A stretch of 28,291 nt of DNA from Utricularia gibba (lineage: Eukaryota; Plantae; Magnoliophyta): assembly GCA_002189035.1 (NCBI GenBank), contig NEEC01000487.1, forward strand, positions 1 through 28,291. The letters run 5' to 3'. This document shows positions 1-13,400 of this stretch, piece after piece. The notes under the pieces were generated by a model. That model had not been told where the DNA came from. It saw only the letters and a program-made list of their open reading frames with translations, and did no database searches. The position numbers and the translations under genes are program-made. Numbering within the stretch: the first letter of the stretch is position 1; every line of letters starts with the position of its first letter.

Positions 1-3000
1 TCGTTCTGACCCAAGGTTCGTCTGACTCCTTTGCCACATCGGGTCCTACTCGACGAAAATCGTGCTGCACTTATTGAAGTTAGGATGTCATGAGCACCAA
101 AATGGTTTTCTCAACCGCATGCTTTTATTTGATAAGGCGCTCTCGTGGGGCAACGGTATCGAGCAGGTGGTCGAGTCGAGCTCGGGCCCATAGTCATTTG
201 TGGCTCGGCAAAAAACTTGATGCATTTCTTAACGTTGGGTTTTAATTGGCTGCCTACATGGTTTCTCAAGGAAAAGCTTGTCGTTTTTGGGCGGGTGATG
301 TCGTTGTGAACTTCGTTCTGACCCAAGGTTCGGTCTGACTCCTTTGCCACATCGGGTCTACTCGACGAAAATCGTGATGCACTTATTGAAGTTAGGATGT
401 CATAAGCACCAAAATGGTTTTCTCAACCGCATGCTTTATATCTGAGGAGGCGCTCTCGTGGGGCAACGGTATCGAGAAGGAGGTCGAGTCGAGCTCGGGC
501 CCATAGTCATTTGTAGCTCGGCAAAAAACTTGATGCATTTCTTAACGTTGGGTTTTAATTGGCTGCCTACATGGTTTCTCAAGGAAAAGCTTGTCGTTTT
601 TGGGCGGGTGATGTCGTTGTGAACTTCGTTCTGACCCAAGGTTCCTTTTGCCACATCGGGTCCTACTCGACGAAAATCGTGCTGCACTTATTGAAGTTAG
701 GATGTCATGAGCACCCAAAATGGTTTTCTCAACCGCATGCTTTATATCTGAGGAGGCGCTCTCGTGGGGCAACGGTATCGAGAAGGAGGTCGAGTCGAGC
801 TCGGGCCCATAGTCATTTGTGGCTCGGCAAAAAACTTGATGCATTTCTTAACGTTGGGTTTTAATTGGCTGCCTACATGGTTTCTCAAGGAAAAGCTTGT
901 CGTTTTGGGCGGGTGATGTCGTTGTGAACTTCGTTCTGACCCAAGGTTCGCCACATCGGGTCCTACTCGACGAAATCGTGCTGCACTTATTGAAGTTAGG
1001 ATGTCATGAGCACCCAAAATGGTTTTCTCAACCGCATGCTTTATATTTGAAAGGCGCTCTCGTGGGCAACGGTATCGAGAGGTGGTCGAGTCGAGCTCGG
1101 GCCCATAGTCATTTGTCTCGGCAAAAACTTGATGCATTTCTTAACGTTGGGTTTTAATTGGCTGCCTACATGGTTTCTCAAGGAAAAGCTTGTCGTTTTT
1201 GGGCGGGTGATGTCGTTGTGAACTTCGTTCTGACCCAAGGTTGGTCTGACTCCTTTGCCACATCGGGTCCTACTCGACGAAAATCGTGATGCACTTATTG
1301 AAGTTAGGATGTCATGAGCACCAAAAATGGTTTTCTCAACCGCATGCTTTATATCTGAGGAGCGCTCTCGTGGGGCAACGGTATCGAGAAGGAGGTCGAG
1401 TCGAGCTCGGGCCCATAGTCATTTGTAGCTCGGCAAAAAACTTGATGCATTTCTTAACGTTGGGTTTTAATTGGCTGCCTACATGGTTTCTCAAGGAAAA
1501 GCTTGTCGTTTTGGGCGGGTGATGTCGTTGTGAACTTCGTTCTGACCCAAGGTTCCTTTGCCACATCGGGTCCTACTCGACGAAAATCGTGCTGCACTTA
1601 TTGAAGTTAGGATGTCATGAGCACCCAAAATGGTTTTCTCAACCGCATGCTTTATATCTGAGGAGGCGCTCTCGTGGGGCAACGGTATCGAAAGGAGGTC
1701 GAGTCGAGCTCGGGCCCATAGTCATTTGTGCTCGGCAAAAAACTTGATGCATTTCTTAACGTTGGGTTTTAATTGGCTGCCTACATGGTTTCTCAAGGAA
1801 AAGCTTGTCGTTTTTGGGCGGGTGATGTCGTTGTGAACTTCGTTCTGACCCAAGGTTCACATCGGGTCCTACTCGACGAAATCGTGCTGCACTTATTGAA
1901 GTTAGGATGTCATGAGCACCCAAAATGGTTTTCTCAACCGCATGCTTTATATTTGAGGAGGCGCTCTCGTGGGGCAACGGTATCGAGCAAGGAGGTCGAG
2001 TCGAGCTCGGGCCCATAGTCATTTGTGGCTCGGCAAAAAACTTGATGCATTTCTTAACGTTGGGTTTTAATTGGCTGCCTACATGGTTTTCAAGGAAAAG
2101 CTTGTCGTTTTTGGGCGGGTGATGTCGTTGTGAACTTCGTTCTGACCCAAGGTTCGGTCTGACTCCTTTGCCACATCGGGTCCTACTCGACGAAAATCGT
2201 GATGCACTTATTGAAGTTAGGATGTCATGAGCACCCAAAATGGTTTTCTCAACCGCATGCTTTATATCTGAGGAGGCGCTCTCGTGGGGCAACGGTATCG
2301 AGAAGGAGGTCGAGTCGAGCTCGGGCCCATAGTCATTTGTGGCTCGGCAAAAACTTGATGCATTTCTTAACGTTGGGTTTTAATTGGCTGCCTACATGGT
2401 TTCTCAAGGAAAAGCTTGTCGTTTTTGGGCGGGTGATGTCGTTGTGAACTTCGTTCTGACCCAAGGTTCGGTCTGACTCCTTTGCCACATCGGGTCCTAC
2501 TCGACGAAAATCGTGCTGCACTTATTGAAGTTAGGATGTCATGAGCACCCAAAATGGTTTTCTCAACCGCATGCTTTATATCTGAGGAGGCGCTCTCGTG
2601 GGGCAACGGTATCGAGAAGGAGGTCGAGTCGAGCTCGGGCCCATAGTCATTTGTGGCTCGGCAAAAAACTTGATGCATTTCTTAACGTTGGGTTTTAATT
2701 GGCTGCCTACATGGTTTCTCAAGGAAAAGCTTGTCGTTTTTGGGCGGTGATGTCGTTGTGAACTTCGTTCTGACCCAAGGTTCGGTCTGACTCCTTTGCC
2801 ACATCGGGTCCTACTCGACGAAAATCGTGATGCACTTATTGAAGTTAGGATGTCATAAGCACCCAAAATGGTTTTTCAACCGCATGCTTTATATCTGAGG
2901 AGGCGCTCTCGTGGGCAACGGTATCGAGAGGAGGTCGAGTCGAGCTCGGGCCCATAGTCATTTGTGCTCGGCAAAAAACTTGATGCATTTCTTAACGTTG

Positions 3001-6000
3001 GGTTTTAATTGGCTGCCTACATGGTTTCTCAAGGAAAAGCTTGTCGTTTTTGGGCGGGTGATGTCGTTGTGAACTTCGTTCTGACCCAAGGTTCCTTTGC
3101 CACATCGGGTCCTACTCGACGAAAATCGTGCTGCACTTATTGAAGTTAGGATGTCATGAGCACCCAAAATGGTTTTCTCAACCGCATGCTTTATATCTGA
3201 GGAGGCGCTCTCGTGGGGCAACGGTATCGAGAAGGAGGTCGAGTCGAGCTCGGGCCCATAGTCATTTGTGGCTCGGCAAAAAAACTTGATGCATTTCTTA
3301 ACGTTGGGTTTTAATTGGCTGCCTACATGGTTTCTCAAGGAAAAGCTTGTCGTTTTTGGGCGGGTGATGTCGTTGTGAACTTCGTTCTGACCCAAGGTTC
3401 GGTCTGACTCCTTTGCCACATCGGGTCCTACTCGACGAAAATCGTGCTGCACTTATTGAAGTTAGGATGTCATGCACCCAAAATGGTTTTCTCAACCGCA
3501 TGCTTTATATCTGATAAGGCGCTCTCGTGGGGCAACGGTATCGAGAGGAGGTCGAGTCGAGCTCGGGCCCATAGTCATTTGTAGCTCGGCAAAAAACTTG
3601 ATGCATTTCTTAACGTTGGGTTTTAATTGGCTGCCTACATGGTTTCTCAAGGAAAAGCTTGTCGTTTTTGGGCGGGTGATGTCGTTGTGAACTTCGTTCT
3701 GACCCAAGGTTCGGTCTGACTCCTTTGCCACATCGGGTCCTACTCGACGAAAATCGTGATGCACTTATTGAAGTTAGGATGTCATAAGCACCCAAAATGG
3801 TTTTCTCAACCGCATGCTTTATATCTGAGGAGGCGCTCTCGTGGGGCAACGGTATCGAGAAGGAGGTCGAGTCGAGCTCGGGCCCATAGTCATTTGTGTC
3901 GGCAAAAAAACTTGATGCATTTCTTAACGTTGGGTTTTAATTGGCTGCCTACATGGTTTCTCAAGGAAAAGCTTGTCGTTTTTGGGCGGGTGATGTCGTT
4001 GTGAACTTCGTTCTGACCCAAGGTTCGGTCTGACTCCTTTGCCACATCGGGTCCTACTCGACGAAAATCGTGCTGCACTTATTGAAGTTAGGATGTCATG
4101 AGCACCAAAATGGTTTTCTCAACCGCATGCTTTATATCTGAGGAGGCGCTCTCGTGGGGCAACGGTATCGAGAAGGAGGTCGAGTCGAGCTCGGGCCCAT
4201 AGTCATTTGTGGCTCGGCAAAAAACTTGATGCATTTCTTAACGTTGGTTTTAATTGGCTGCCTACATGGTTTCTCAAGGAAAAGCTTGTCGTTTTTGGGC
4301 GGTGATGTCGTTGTGAACTTCGTTCTGACCCAAGGTTCGGTCTGACTCCTTTGCCACATCGGGTCCTACTCGACGAAAATCGTGATGCACTTATTGAAGT
4401 TAGGATGTCATGAGCACCCAAAATGGTTTTCTCAACCGCATGCTTTATATCTGAGGAGGCGCTCTCGTGGGGCAACGGTATCGAGAAGGAGGTCGAGTCG
4501 AGCTCGGGCCCATAGTCATTTGTAGCTCGGCAAAAAACTTGATGCATTTCTTAACGTTGGGTTTTAATTGGCTGCCTACATGGTTTCTCAAGGAAAAGCT
4601 TGTCGTTTTTGGGCGGGTGATGTCGTTGTGAACTTCGTTCTGACCCAAGGTTCCTTTGCCCATCGGGTCCTACTCGACGAAAATCGTGCTGCACTTATTG
4701 AAGTTAGGATGTCATGAGCACCAAAATGGTTTTCTCAACCGCATGCTTTATATCTGAGGAGGCGCTCTCGTGGGCAACGGTATCGAGAAGGAGGTCGAGT
4801 CGAGCTCGGGCCCATAGTCATTTGTGGCTCGGCAAAAAACTTGATGCATTTCTTAACGTTGGGTTTTAATTGGCTGCCTACATGGTTTCTCAAGGAAAAG
4901 CTTGTCGTTTTTGGCGGGTGATGTCGTTGTGAACTTCGTTCTGACCCAAGGTTCCTTTTGCCACATCGGGTCCTACTCGACGAAAATCGTGCTGCACTTA
5001 TTGAAGTTAGGATGTCATGAGCACCCAAAATGGTTTTCTCAACCGCATGCTTTATATCTGAGGAGGCGCTCTCGTGGGGCAACGGTATCGAGAAGGAGGT
5101 CGAGTCGAGCTCGGGCCCATAGTCATTTGTAGCTCGGCAAAAAACTTGATGCATTTCTTAACGTTGGGTTTTAATTGGCTGCCTACATGGTTTCTCAAGG
5201 AAAAGCTTGTCGTTTTTGGGCGGGTGATGTCGTTGTGAACTTCGTTCTGACCCAAGGTTCTTTGCCACATCGGTCCTACTCGACGAAAATCGTGATGCAC
5301 TTATTGAAGTTAGGATGTCATGAGCACCCAAAATGGTTTTCTCAACCGCATGCTTTATATTGAGGAGGCGCTCTCGTGGGCAACGGTATCGAGAAGGAGG
5401 TCGAGTCGAGCTCGGGCCCATAGTCATTTGTGGCTCGGCAAAAAACTTGATGCATTTCTTAACGTTGGGTTTTAATTGGCTGCCTACATGGTTTCTCAAG
5501 GAAAAGCTTGTCGTTTTTGGGCGGGTGATGTCGTTGTGAACTTCGTTCTGACCCAAGGTTCCTTTGCCACATCGGGTCCTACTCGACGAAAATCGTGATG
5601 CACTTATTGAAGTTAGGATGTCATGAGCACCCAAAATGGTTTTCTCAACCGCATGCTTTATATCTGAGGAGGCGCTCTCGTGGGGCAACGGTATCGAGAG
5701 GAGGTCGAGTCGAGCTCGGCCCATAGTCATTTGTGGCTCGGCAAAAAACTTGATGCATTTCTTAACGTTGGGTTTTAATTGGCTGCCTACATGGTTTCTC
5801 AAGGAAAAGCTTGTCGTTTTTGGGCGGGTGATGTCGTTGTGAACTTCGTTCTGACCCAAGGTTCGGTCTGACTCCTTTGCCACATCGGGTCCTACTCGAC
5901 GAAAATCGTGCTGCACTTATTGAAGTTAGGATGTCATGAGCACCCAAAATGGTTTTCTCAACCGCATGCTTTATATTGAGGAGGCGCTCTCGTGGGGCAA

Positions 6001-7379
6001 CGGTATCGAGCAGGAGGTCGAGTCGAGCTCGGGCCCATAGTCATTTGTGGCTCGGCAAAAAACTTGATGCATTTCTTAACGTTGGGTTTTAATTGGCTGC
6101 CTACATGGTTTCTCAAGGAAAAGCTTGTCGTTTTTGGCGGGTGATGTCGTTGTGAACTTCGTTCTGACCCAAGGTTCGGTCTGACTCCTTTGCCACATCG
6201 GGTCCTACTCGACGAAAATCGTGCTGCACTTATTGAAGTTAGGATGTCATGAGCACCCAAAATGGTTTTCTCAACCGCATGCTTTATATCTGAGGAGGCG
6301 CTCTCGTGGGGCAACGGTATCGAGAAGGAGGTCGAGTCGAGCTCGGGCCCATAGTCATTTGTGCTCGGCAAAAAACTTGATGCATTTCTTAACGTTGGGT
6401 TTTAATTGGCTGCCTACATGGTTTCTCAAGGAAAAGCTTGTCGTTTTTGGGCGGGTGATGTCGTTGTGAACTTCGTTCTGACCCAAGGTTCCTTTGCCAC
6501 ATCGGGTCCTACTCGACGAAAATCGTGATGCACTTATTGAAGTTAGGATGTCATGAGCACCCAAAATGGTTTTCTCAACCGCATGCTTTATATCTGAGGA
6601 GGCGCTCTCGTGGGGCAACGGTATCGAGAAGGAGGTCGAGTCGAGCTCGGGCCCATAGTCATTTGTGCTCGGCAAAAAACTTGATGCATTTCTTAACGTT
6701 GGGTTTTAATTGGCTGCCTACATGGTTTCTCAAGGAAAAGCTTGTCGTTTTTGGCGGTGATGTCGTTGTGAACTTCGTTCTGACCCAAGGTTCCTTTGCC
6801 ACATCGGGTCCTACTCGACGAAAATCGTGATGCACTTATTGAAGTTAGGATGTCATGAGCACCCAAAATGGTTTTCTCAACCGCATGCTTTATATTGAGG
6901 AGGCGCTCTCGTGGGGCAACGGTATCGAGAAGGAGGTCGAGTCGAGCTCGGGCCATAGTCATTTGTGGCTCGGCAAAAAACTTGATGCATTTCTTAACGT
7001 TGGGTTTTAATTGGCTGCCTACATGGTTTCTCAAGGAAAAGCTTGTCGTTTTTGGGGGTGATGTCGTTGTGAACTTCGTTCTGACCCAAGGTTCCTTTGC
7101 CACATCGGGTCCTACTCGACGAAAATCGTGCTGCACTTATTGAAGTTAGGATGTCATGAGCACCCAAAATGGTTTTCTCAACCGCATGCTTTATATCTGA
7201 GGAGGCGCTCTCGTGGGGCAACGGTATCGAGAAGGAGGTCGAGTCGAGCTCGGGCCCATAGTCATTTGTGCTCGGCAAAAAACTTGATGCATTTCTTAAC
7301 GTTGGGTTTTAATTGGCTGCCTACATGGTTTCTCAAGGAAAAGCTTGTCGTTTTTGGGCGGGTGATGTCGTTGTGAACT

Positions 7380-7683
7380 TCGTTCTGACCCAAGGTTCCT
7401 TTGCCACATCGGGTCCTACTCGACGAAAATCGTGCTGCACTTATTGAAGTTAGGATGTCATGAGCACCCAAAATGGTTTTCTCAACCGCATGCTTTATAT
7501 CTGAGGAGGCGCTCTCGTGGGGCAACGGTATCGAGAAGGAGGTCGAGTCGAGCTCGGGCCCATAGTCATTTGTGCTCGGCAAAAAACTTGATGCATTTCT
7601 TAACGTTGGGTTTTAATTGGCTGCCTACATGGTTTCTCAAGGAAAAGCTTGTCGTTTTTGGGCGGGTGATGTCGTTGTGAACT
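7380..7683 (+). repeat. Representative short-allele monomer, 304 bp (lacks GGTCTGACTC at p20-29 and one base at p205)
   Basis: Junction reads GGTTCCTTTGCC instead of GGTTCGGTCTGACTCCTTTGCC. The neighbouring copy 7076-7379 has the same allele and length. Confidence 0.93.
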
Positions 7684-10600
7684 TCGTTCTGACCCAAGGT
7701 TCGGTCTGACTCCTTTGCCATCGGGTCCTACTCGACGAAAATCGTGCTGCACTTATTGAAGTTAGGATGTCATGAGCACCCAAAATGGTTTTCTCAACCG
7801 CATGCTTTATATTGATAAGGCGCTCTCGTGGGGCAACGGTATCGAGCAGGAGGTCGAGTCGAGCTCGGGCCCATAGTCATTTGTGGCTCGGCAAAAAACT
7901 TGATGCATTTCTTAACGTTGGGTTTTAATTGGCTGCCTACATGGTTTCTCAAGGAAAAGCTTGTCGTTTTTGGGCGGTGATGTCGTTGTGAACTTCGTTC
8001 TGACCCAAGGTTCCTTTGCCACATCGGGTCCTACTCGACGAAAATCGTGATGCACTTATTGAAGTTAGGATGTCATAAGCACCCAAAATGGTTTTCTCAA
8101 CCGCATGCTTTATATTGAGGAGGCGCTCTCGTGGGGCAACGGTATCGAGAAGGAGGTCGAGTCGAGCTCGGGCCCATAGTCATTTGTAGCTCGGCAAAAA
8201 ACTTGATGCATTTCTTAACGTTGGTTTTAATTGGCTGCCTACATGGTTTCTCAAGGAAAAGCTTGTCGTTTTTGGGCGGTGATGTCGTTGTGAACTTCGT
8301 TCTGACCCAAGGTTCGGTCTGACTCCTTTGCCACATCGGGTCCTACTCGACGAAAATCGTGCTGCACTTATTGAAGTTAGGATGTCATGAGCACCCAAAA
8401 TGGTTTTCTCAACCGCATGCTTTATATCTGAGGAGGCGCTCTCGTGGGGCAACGGTATCGAGAAGGAGGTCGAGTCGAGCTCGGGCCCATAGTCATTTGT
8501 GGCTCGGCAAAAAACTTGATGCATTTCTTAACGTTGGGTTTTAATTGGCTGCCTACATGGTTTCTCAAGGAAAAGCTTGTCGTTTTTGGGCGGTGATGTC
8601 GTTGTGAACTTCGTTCTGACCCAAGGTTCGGTCTGACTCTTTGCCACATCGGGTCCTACTCGACGAAAATCGTGATGCACTTATTGAAGTTAGGATGTCA
8701 TAAGCACCCAAAATGGTTTTCTCAACCGCATGCTTTATATCTGAGGAGGCTCTCGTGGGGCAACGGTATCGAGAAGGAGGTCGAGTCGAGCTCGGGCCCA
8801 TAGTCATTTGTAGCTCGGCAAAAAACTTGATGCATTTCTTAACGTTGGGTTTTAATTGGCTGCCTACATGGTTTCTCAAGGAAAAGCTTGTCGTTTTTGG
8901 GCGGGTGATGTCGTTGTGAACTTCGTTCTGACCCAAGGTTCCTTTGCCACATCGGGTCCTACTCGACGAAAATCGTGCTGCACTTATTGAAGTTAGGATG
9001 TCATGAGCACCCAAAATGGTTTTCTCAACCGCATGCTTTATATCTGAGGAGGCGCTCTCGTGGGGCAACGGTATCGAGAAAGGAGGTCGAGTCGAGCTCG
9101 GGCCCATAGTCATTTGTGGCTCGGCAAAAAACTTGATGCATTTCTTAACGTTGGGTTTTAATTGGCTGCCTACATGGTTTCTCAAGGAAAAGCTTGTCGT
9201 TTTTGGGCGGGTGATGTCGTTGTGAACTTCGTTCTGACCCAAGGTTCGCCACATCGGGTCCTACTCGACGAAAATCGTGCTGCACTTATTGAAGTTAGGA
9301 TGTCATGAGCACCCAAAATGGTTTTCTCAACCGCATGCTTTATATCTGAGGAGGCGCTCTCGTGGGCAACGGTATCGAGAGGAGGTCGAGTCGAGCTCGG
9401 GCCCATAGTCATTTGTGCTCGGCAAAAAACTTGATGCATTTCTTAACGTTGGGTTTTAATTGGCTGCCTACATGGTTTCTCAAGGAAAAGCTTGTCGTTT
9501 TTGGGCGGGTGATGTCGTTGTGAACTTCGTTCTGACCCAAGGTTCGGTCTGACTCCTTTGCCACATCGGGTCCTACTCGACGAAAATCGTGCTGCACTTA
9601 TTGAAGTTAGGATGTCATGAGCACCCAAAATGGTTTTCTCAACCGCATGCTTTATATCTGAGGAGGCGCTCTCGTGGGGCAACGGTATCGAGAAGGAGGT
9701 CGAGTCGAGCTCGGGCCCATAGTCATTTGTCTCGGCAAAAAACTTGATGCATTTCTTAACGTTGGGTTTTAATTGGCTGCCTACATGGTTTCTCAAGGAA
9801 AAGCTTGTCGTTTTTGGGCGGTGATGTCGTTGTGAACTTCGTTCTGACCCAAGGTTCGGTCTGACTCCTTTGCCACATCGGGTCCTACTCGACGAAAATC
9901 GTGATGCACTTATTGAAGTTAGGATGTCATAAGCACCCAAAATGGTTTTCTCAACCGCATGCTTTATATCTGAGGAGGCGCTCTCGTGGGGCAACGGTAT
10001 CGAGAAGGAGGTCGAGTCGAGCTCGGGCCCATAGTCATTTGTGCTCGGCAAAAAACTTGATGCATTTCTTAACGTTGGGTTTTAATTGGCTGCCTACATG
10101 GTTTCTCAAGGAAAAGCTTGTCGTTTTTGGGCGGGTGATGTCGTTGTGAACTTCGTTCTGACCCAAGGTTCGTGACTCCTTTGCCACATCGGGTCCTACT
10201 CGACGAAATCGTGCTGCACTTATTGAAGTTAGGATGTCATGAGCACCCAAAATGGTTTTCTCAACCGCATGCTTTATATTGATAAGGCGCTCTCGTGGGG
10301 CAACGGTATCGAGCAGGTGGTCGAGTCGAGCTCGGGCCCATAGTCATTTGTGCTCGGCAAAAAACTTGATGCATTTCTTAACGTTGGGTTTTAATTGGCT
10401 GCCTACATGGTTTCTCAAGGAAAAGCTTGTCGTTTTTGGGCGGTGATGTCGTTGTGAACTTCGTTCTGACCCAAGGTTCTGACTCCTTTGCCACATCGGG
10501 TCCTACTCGACGAAAATCGTGATGCACTTATTGAAGTTAGGATGTCATAAGCACCCAAAATGGTTTTCTCAACCGCATGCTTTATATCTGAGGAGGCGCT

Positions 10601-11081
10601 CTCGTGGGGCAACGGTATCGAGAAGGAGGTCGAGTCGAGCTCGGGCCCATAGTCATTTGTGCTCGGCAAAAAACTTGATGCATTTCTTAACGTTGGGTTT
10701 TAATTGGCTGCCTACATGGTTTCTCAAGGAAAAGCTTGTCGTTTTTGGGCGGGTGATGTCGTTGTGAACTTCGTTCTGACCCAAGGTTCGGTCTGACTCC
10801 TTTGCCACATCGGGTCCTACTCGACGAAATCGTGCTGCACTTATTGAAGTTAGGATGTCATGAGCACCCAAAATGGTTTTCTCAACCGCATGCTTTATAT
10901 TTGAGGAGGCGCTCTCGTGGGGCAACGGTATCGAGAGGAGGTCGAGTCGAGCTCGGCCCATAGTCATTTGTGGCTCGGCAAAAAACTTGATGCATTTCTT
11001 AACGTTGGTTTTAATTGGCTGCCTACATGGTTTCTCAAGGAAAAGCTTGTCGTTTTTGGGCGGGTGATGTCGTTGTGAACT

Positions 11082-11951
11082 TCGTTCTGACCCAAGGTTC
11101 GGTCTGACTCCTTTGCCACATCGGGTCCTACTCGACGAAAATCGTGCTGCACTTGTCATGAGCACCCAAAATGGTTTTCTCAACCGCATGCTTTATATCT
11201 GAGGAGGCTCTCGTGGGGCAACGGTATCGAGAGGTGGTCGAAGAGCTCGGGATAGTTTTGTCGGCAAAACTTGATGCATTTCTTAACGTTGGGTTTTAAT
11301 TGGCTGCGGTTGGAAAAGCTTGTCGTTTTTGGGCGGGTGATGTCGTTGTGAACTTCGTTCTGACCCAAGGTTCGGTCTGACTCCTTTGCCACATCGGGTC
11401 CTACTCGACGAAATCGTGCTGCACTTATTGAAGTTAGGATGTCATGAGCACCCAAAATGGTTTTCTCAACCGCATGCTTTATATTCGCTCTCGTGGGGCA
11501 ACGGTATCGAGAGGAGGTCGAGTCGAGCTCGGGCCCATAGTCATTTGTAGCTCGGCAAAAAACTTGATGCATTTCTTAACGTTGGGTTTTAATTGGCTGC
11601 CTACATGGTTTCTCAAGGAAAAGCTTGTCGTTTTTGGGCGGGTGATGTCGTTGTGAACTTCGTTCTGACCCAAGGTTCCTTTGCCACATCGGGTCCTACT
11701 CGACGAAAATCGTGCTGCACTTATTGAAGTTAGGATGTCATCCCAAAATGGTTTTCTCAACCGCATGCTTTATATCTCGCTCTCGTGGGGCAACGGTATC
11801 GAGAAGGAGGTCGAGTCGAGCTCGGGCCCATAGTCATTTGTGCTCGGCAAAAAACTTGATGCATTTCTTAACGTTGGGTTTTAATTGGCTGCCTACATGG
11901 TTTCTCAAGGAAAAGCTTGTCGTTTTTGGGCGGGTGATGTCGTTGTGAACT
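11082..11951 (+). repeat. Three consecutive degenerate monomers with multi-base deletions
   Basis: Copy 11082-11354 is only 273 bp (14-bp loss of ATTGAAGTTAGGAT near 11155 and several further gaps to 11315). The copies at 11355 and 11660 both lack GAGGAGG. Confidence 0.85.
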
Positions 11952-13400
11952 TCGTTCTGACCCAAGGTTCGGTCTGACTCCTTTGCCACATCGGGTCCTA
12001 CTCGACGAAAATCGTGATGCACTTATTGAAGTTAGGATGTCATGAGCACCCAAAATGGTTTTCTCAACCGCATGCTTTATATCTGAGGAGGCGCTCTCGT
12101 GGGGCAACGGTATCGAGAAGGAGGTCGAGTCGAGCTCGGGCCCATAGTCATTTGTGCTCGGCAAAAAACTTGATGCATTTCTTAACGTTGGGTTTTAATT
12201 GGCTGCCTACATGGTTTCTCAAGGAAAAGCTTGTCGTTTTTGGCGGGTGATGTCGTTGTGAACTTCGTTCTGACCCAAGGTCTCCTTTGCCACATCGGGT
12301 CCTACTCGACGAAAATCGTGATGCACTTATTGAAGTTAGGATGTCATGAGCACCCAAAATGGTTTTCTCAACCGCATGCTTTATATCTGAGGAGGCGCTC
12401 TCGTGGGGCAACGGTATCGAGAAGGAGGTCGAGTCGAGCTCGGGCCCATAGTCATTTGTGCTCGGCAAAAAACTTGATGCATTTCTTAACGTTGGGTTTT
12501 AATTGGCTGCCTACATGGTTTCTCAAGGAAAAGCTTGTCGTTTTTGGGCGGGTGATGTCGTTGTGAACTTCGTTCTGACCCAAGGTTCACATCGGGTCCT
12601 ACTCGACGAAAATCGTGCTGCACTTATTGAAGTTAGGATGTCATGAGCACCAAAAATGGTTTTCTCAACCGCATGCTTTATATTTGAGGAGGCGCTCTCG
12701 TGGGGCAACGGTATCGAGAGGAGGTCGAGTCGAGCTCGGGCCCATAGTCATTTGTAGCTCGGCAAAAAACTTGATGCATTTCTTAACGTTGGGTTTTAAT
12801 TGGCTGCCTACATGGTTTCTCAAGGAAAAGCTTGTCGTTTTTGGGCGGGTGATGTCGTTGTGAACTTCGTTCTGACCCAAGGTTTCCTTTGCCACATCGG
12901 GTCCTACTCGACGAAAATCGTGCTGCACTTATTGAAGTTAGGATGTCATGAGCACCAAAATGGTTTTCTCAACCGCATGCTTTATATCTGAGGAGGCGCT
13001 CTCGTGGGGCAACGGTATCGAGAAGGAGGTCGAGTCGAGCTCGGGCCCATAGTCATTTGTGGCTCGGCAAAAAACTTGATGCATTTCTTAACGTTGGGTT
13101 TTAATTGGCTGCCTACATGGTTTCAAGGAAAAGCTTGTCGTTTTTGGGCGGGTGATGTCGTTGTGAACTTCGTTCTGACCCAAGGTTCGGTCTGACTCCT
13201 TTGCCACATCGGGTCCTACTCGACGAAAATCGTGCTGCACTTATTGAAGTTAGGATGTCATGAGCACCCAAAATGGTTTTCTCAACCGCATGCTTTATAT
13301 TTGAGGAGGCGCTCTCGTGGGGCAACGGTATCGAGCAGGAGGTCGAGTCGAGCTCGGGCCCATAGTCATTTGTGGCTCGGCAAAAAACTTGATGCATTTC

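Noticed and set aside
2465-2475. tRNA T-loop or Pol III B-box (GGTTCG)
   Set aside because: It reads GGTTCGGTCTG, lacking the invariant A of GGTTCGANNCC. There is no A-box or cloverleaf, and the motif is truncated in short alleles.
2505-2589. Hammerhead ribozyme (CGAAA at p55-59, GTC at p88-90, CTGAGGAG at p132-139), which would make this a retrozyme-like satellite
   Set aside because: The core motifs are in type II order with a possible G-C closing pair, but stem III does not form and stem II is weak. Common alleles (TTGATAA, TTGAGGA) destroy the CUGANGA core. No CTGANGA exists on the minus strand. An Infernal search against Rfam ribozyme models would settle it.
2631-2642. Synthetic polylinker (abutting SacI-ApaI; also SphI, NsiI, HindIII, AclI, BspHI)
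   Set aside because: Seven 6-bp palindromes versus about five expected in 315 bp is unremarkable. The sites are scattered, and no vector backbone is visible.
2650-2741. Helically phased A/T tracts (intrinsic curvature)
   Set aside because: The tracts start at about p200, 213, 228, 243, 265, 275 and 287. The spacings are irregular, not a consistent 10-11 bp.
2691-2742. Nematode SL2-like spliced-leader gene (GGTTTTAA...CTCAAG followed by a T-rich tract)
   Set aside because: The interval is 33 nt rather than 22, there is no GT donor after CTCAAG, and the T tract is not a canonical Sm site.
2451-2764. 5S rDNA repeat (unit size is compatible)
   Set aside because: I find no stretch resembling the 120-nt 5S gene on either strand beyond a short GAAGTTA.
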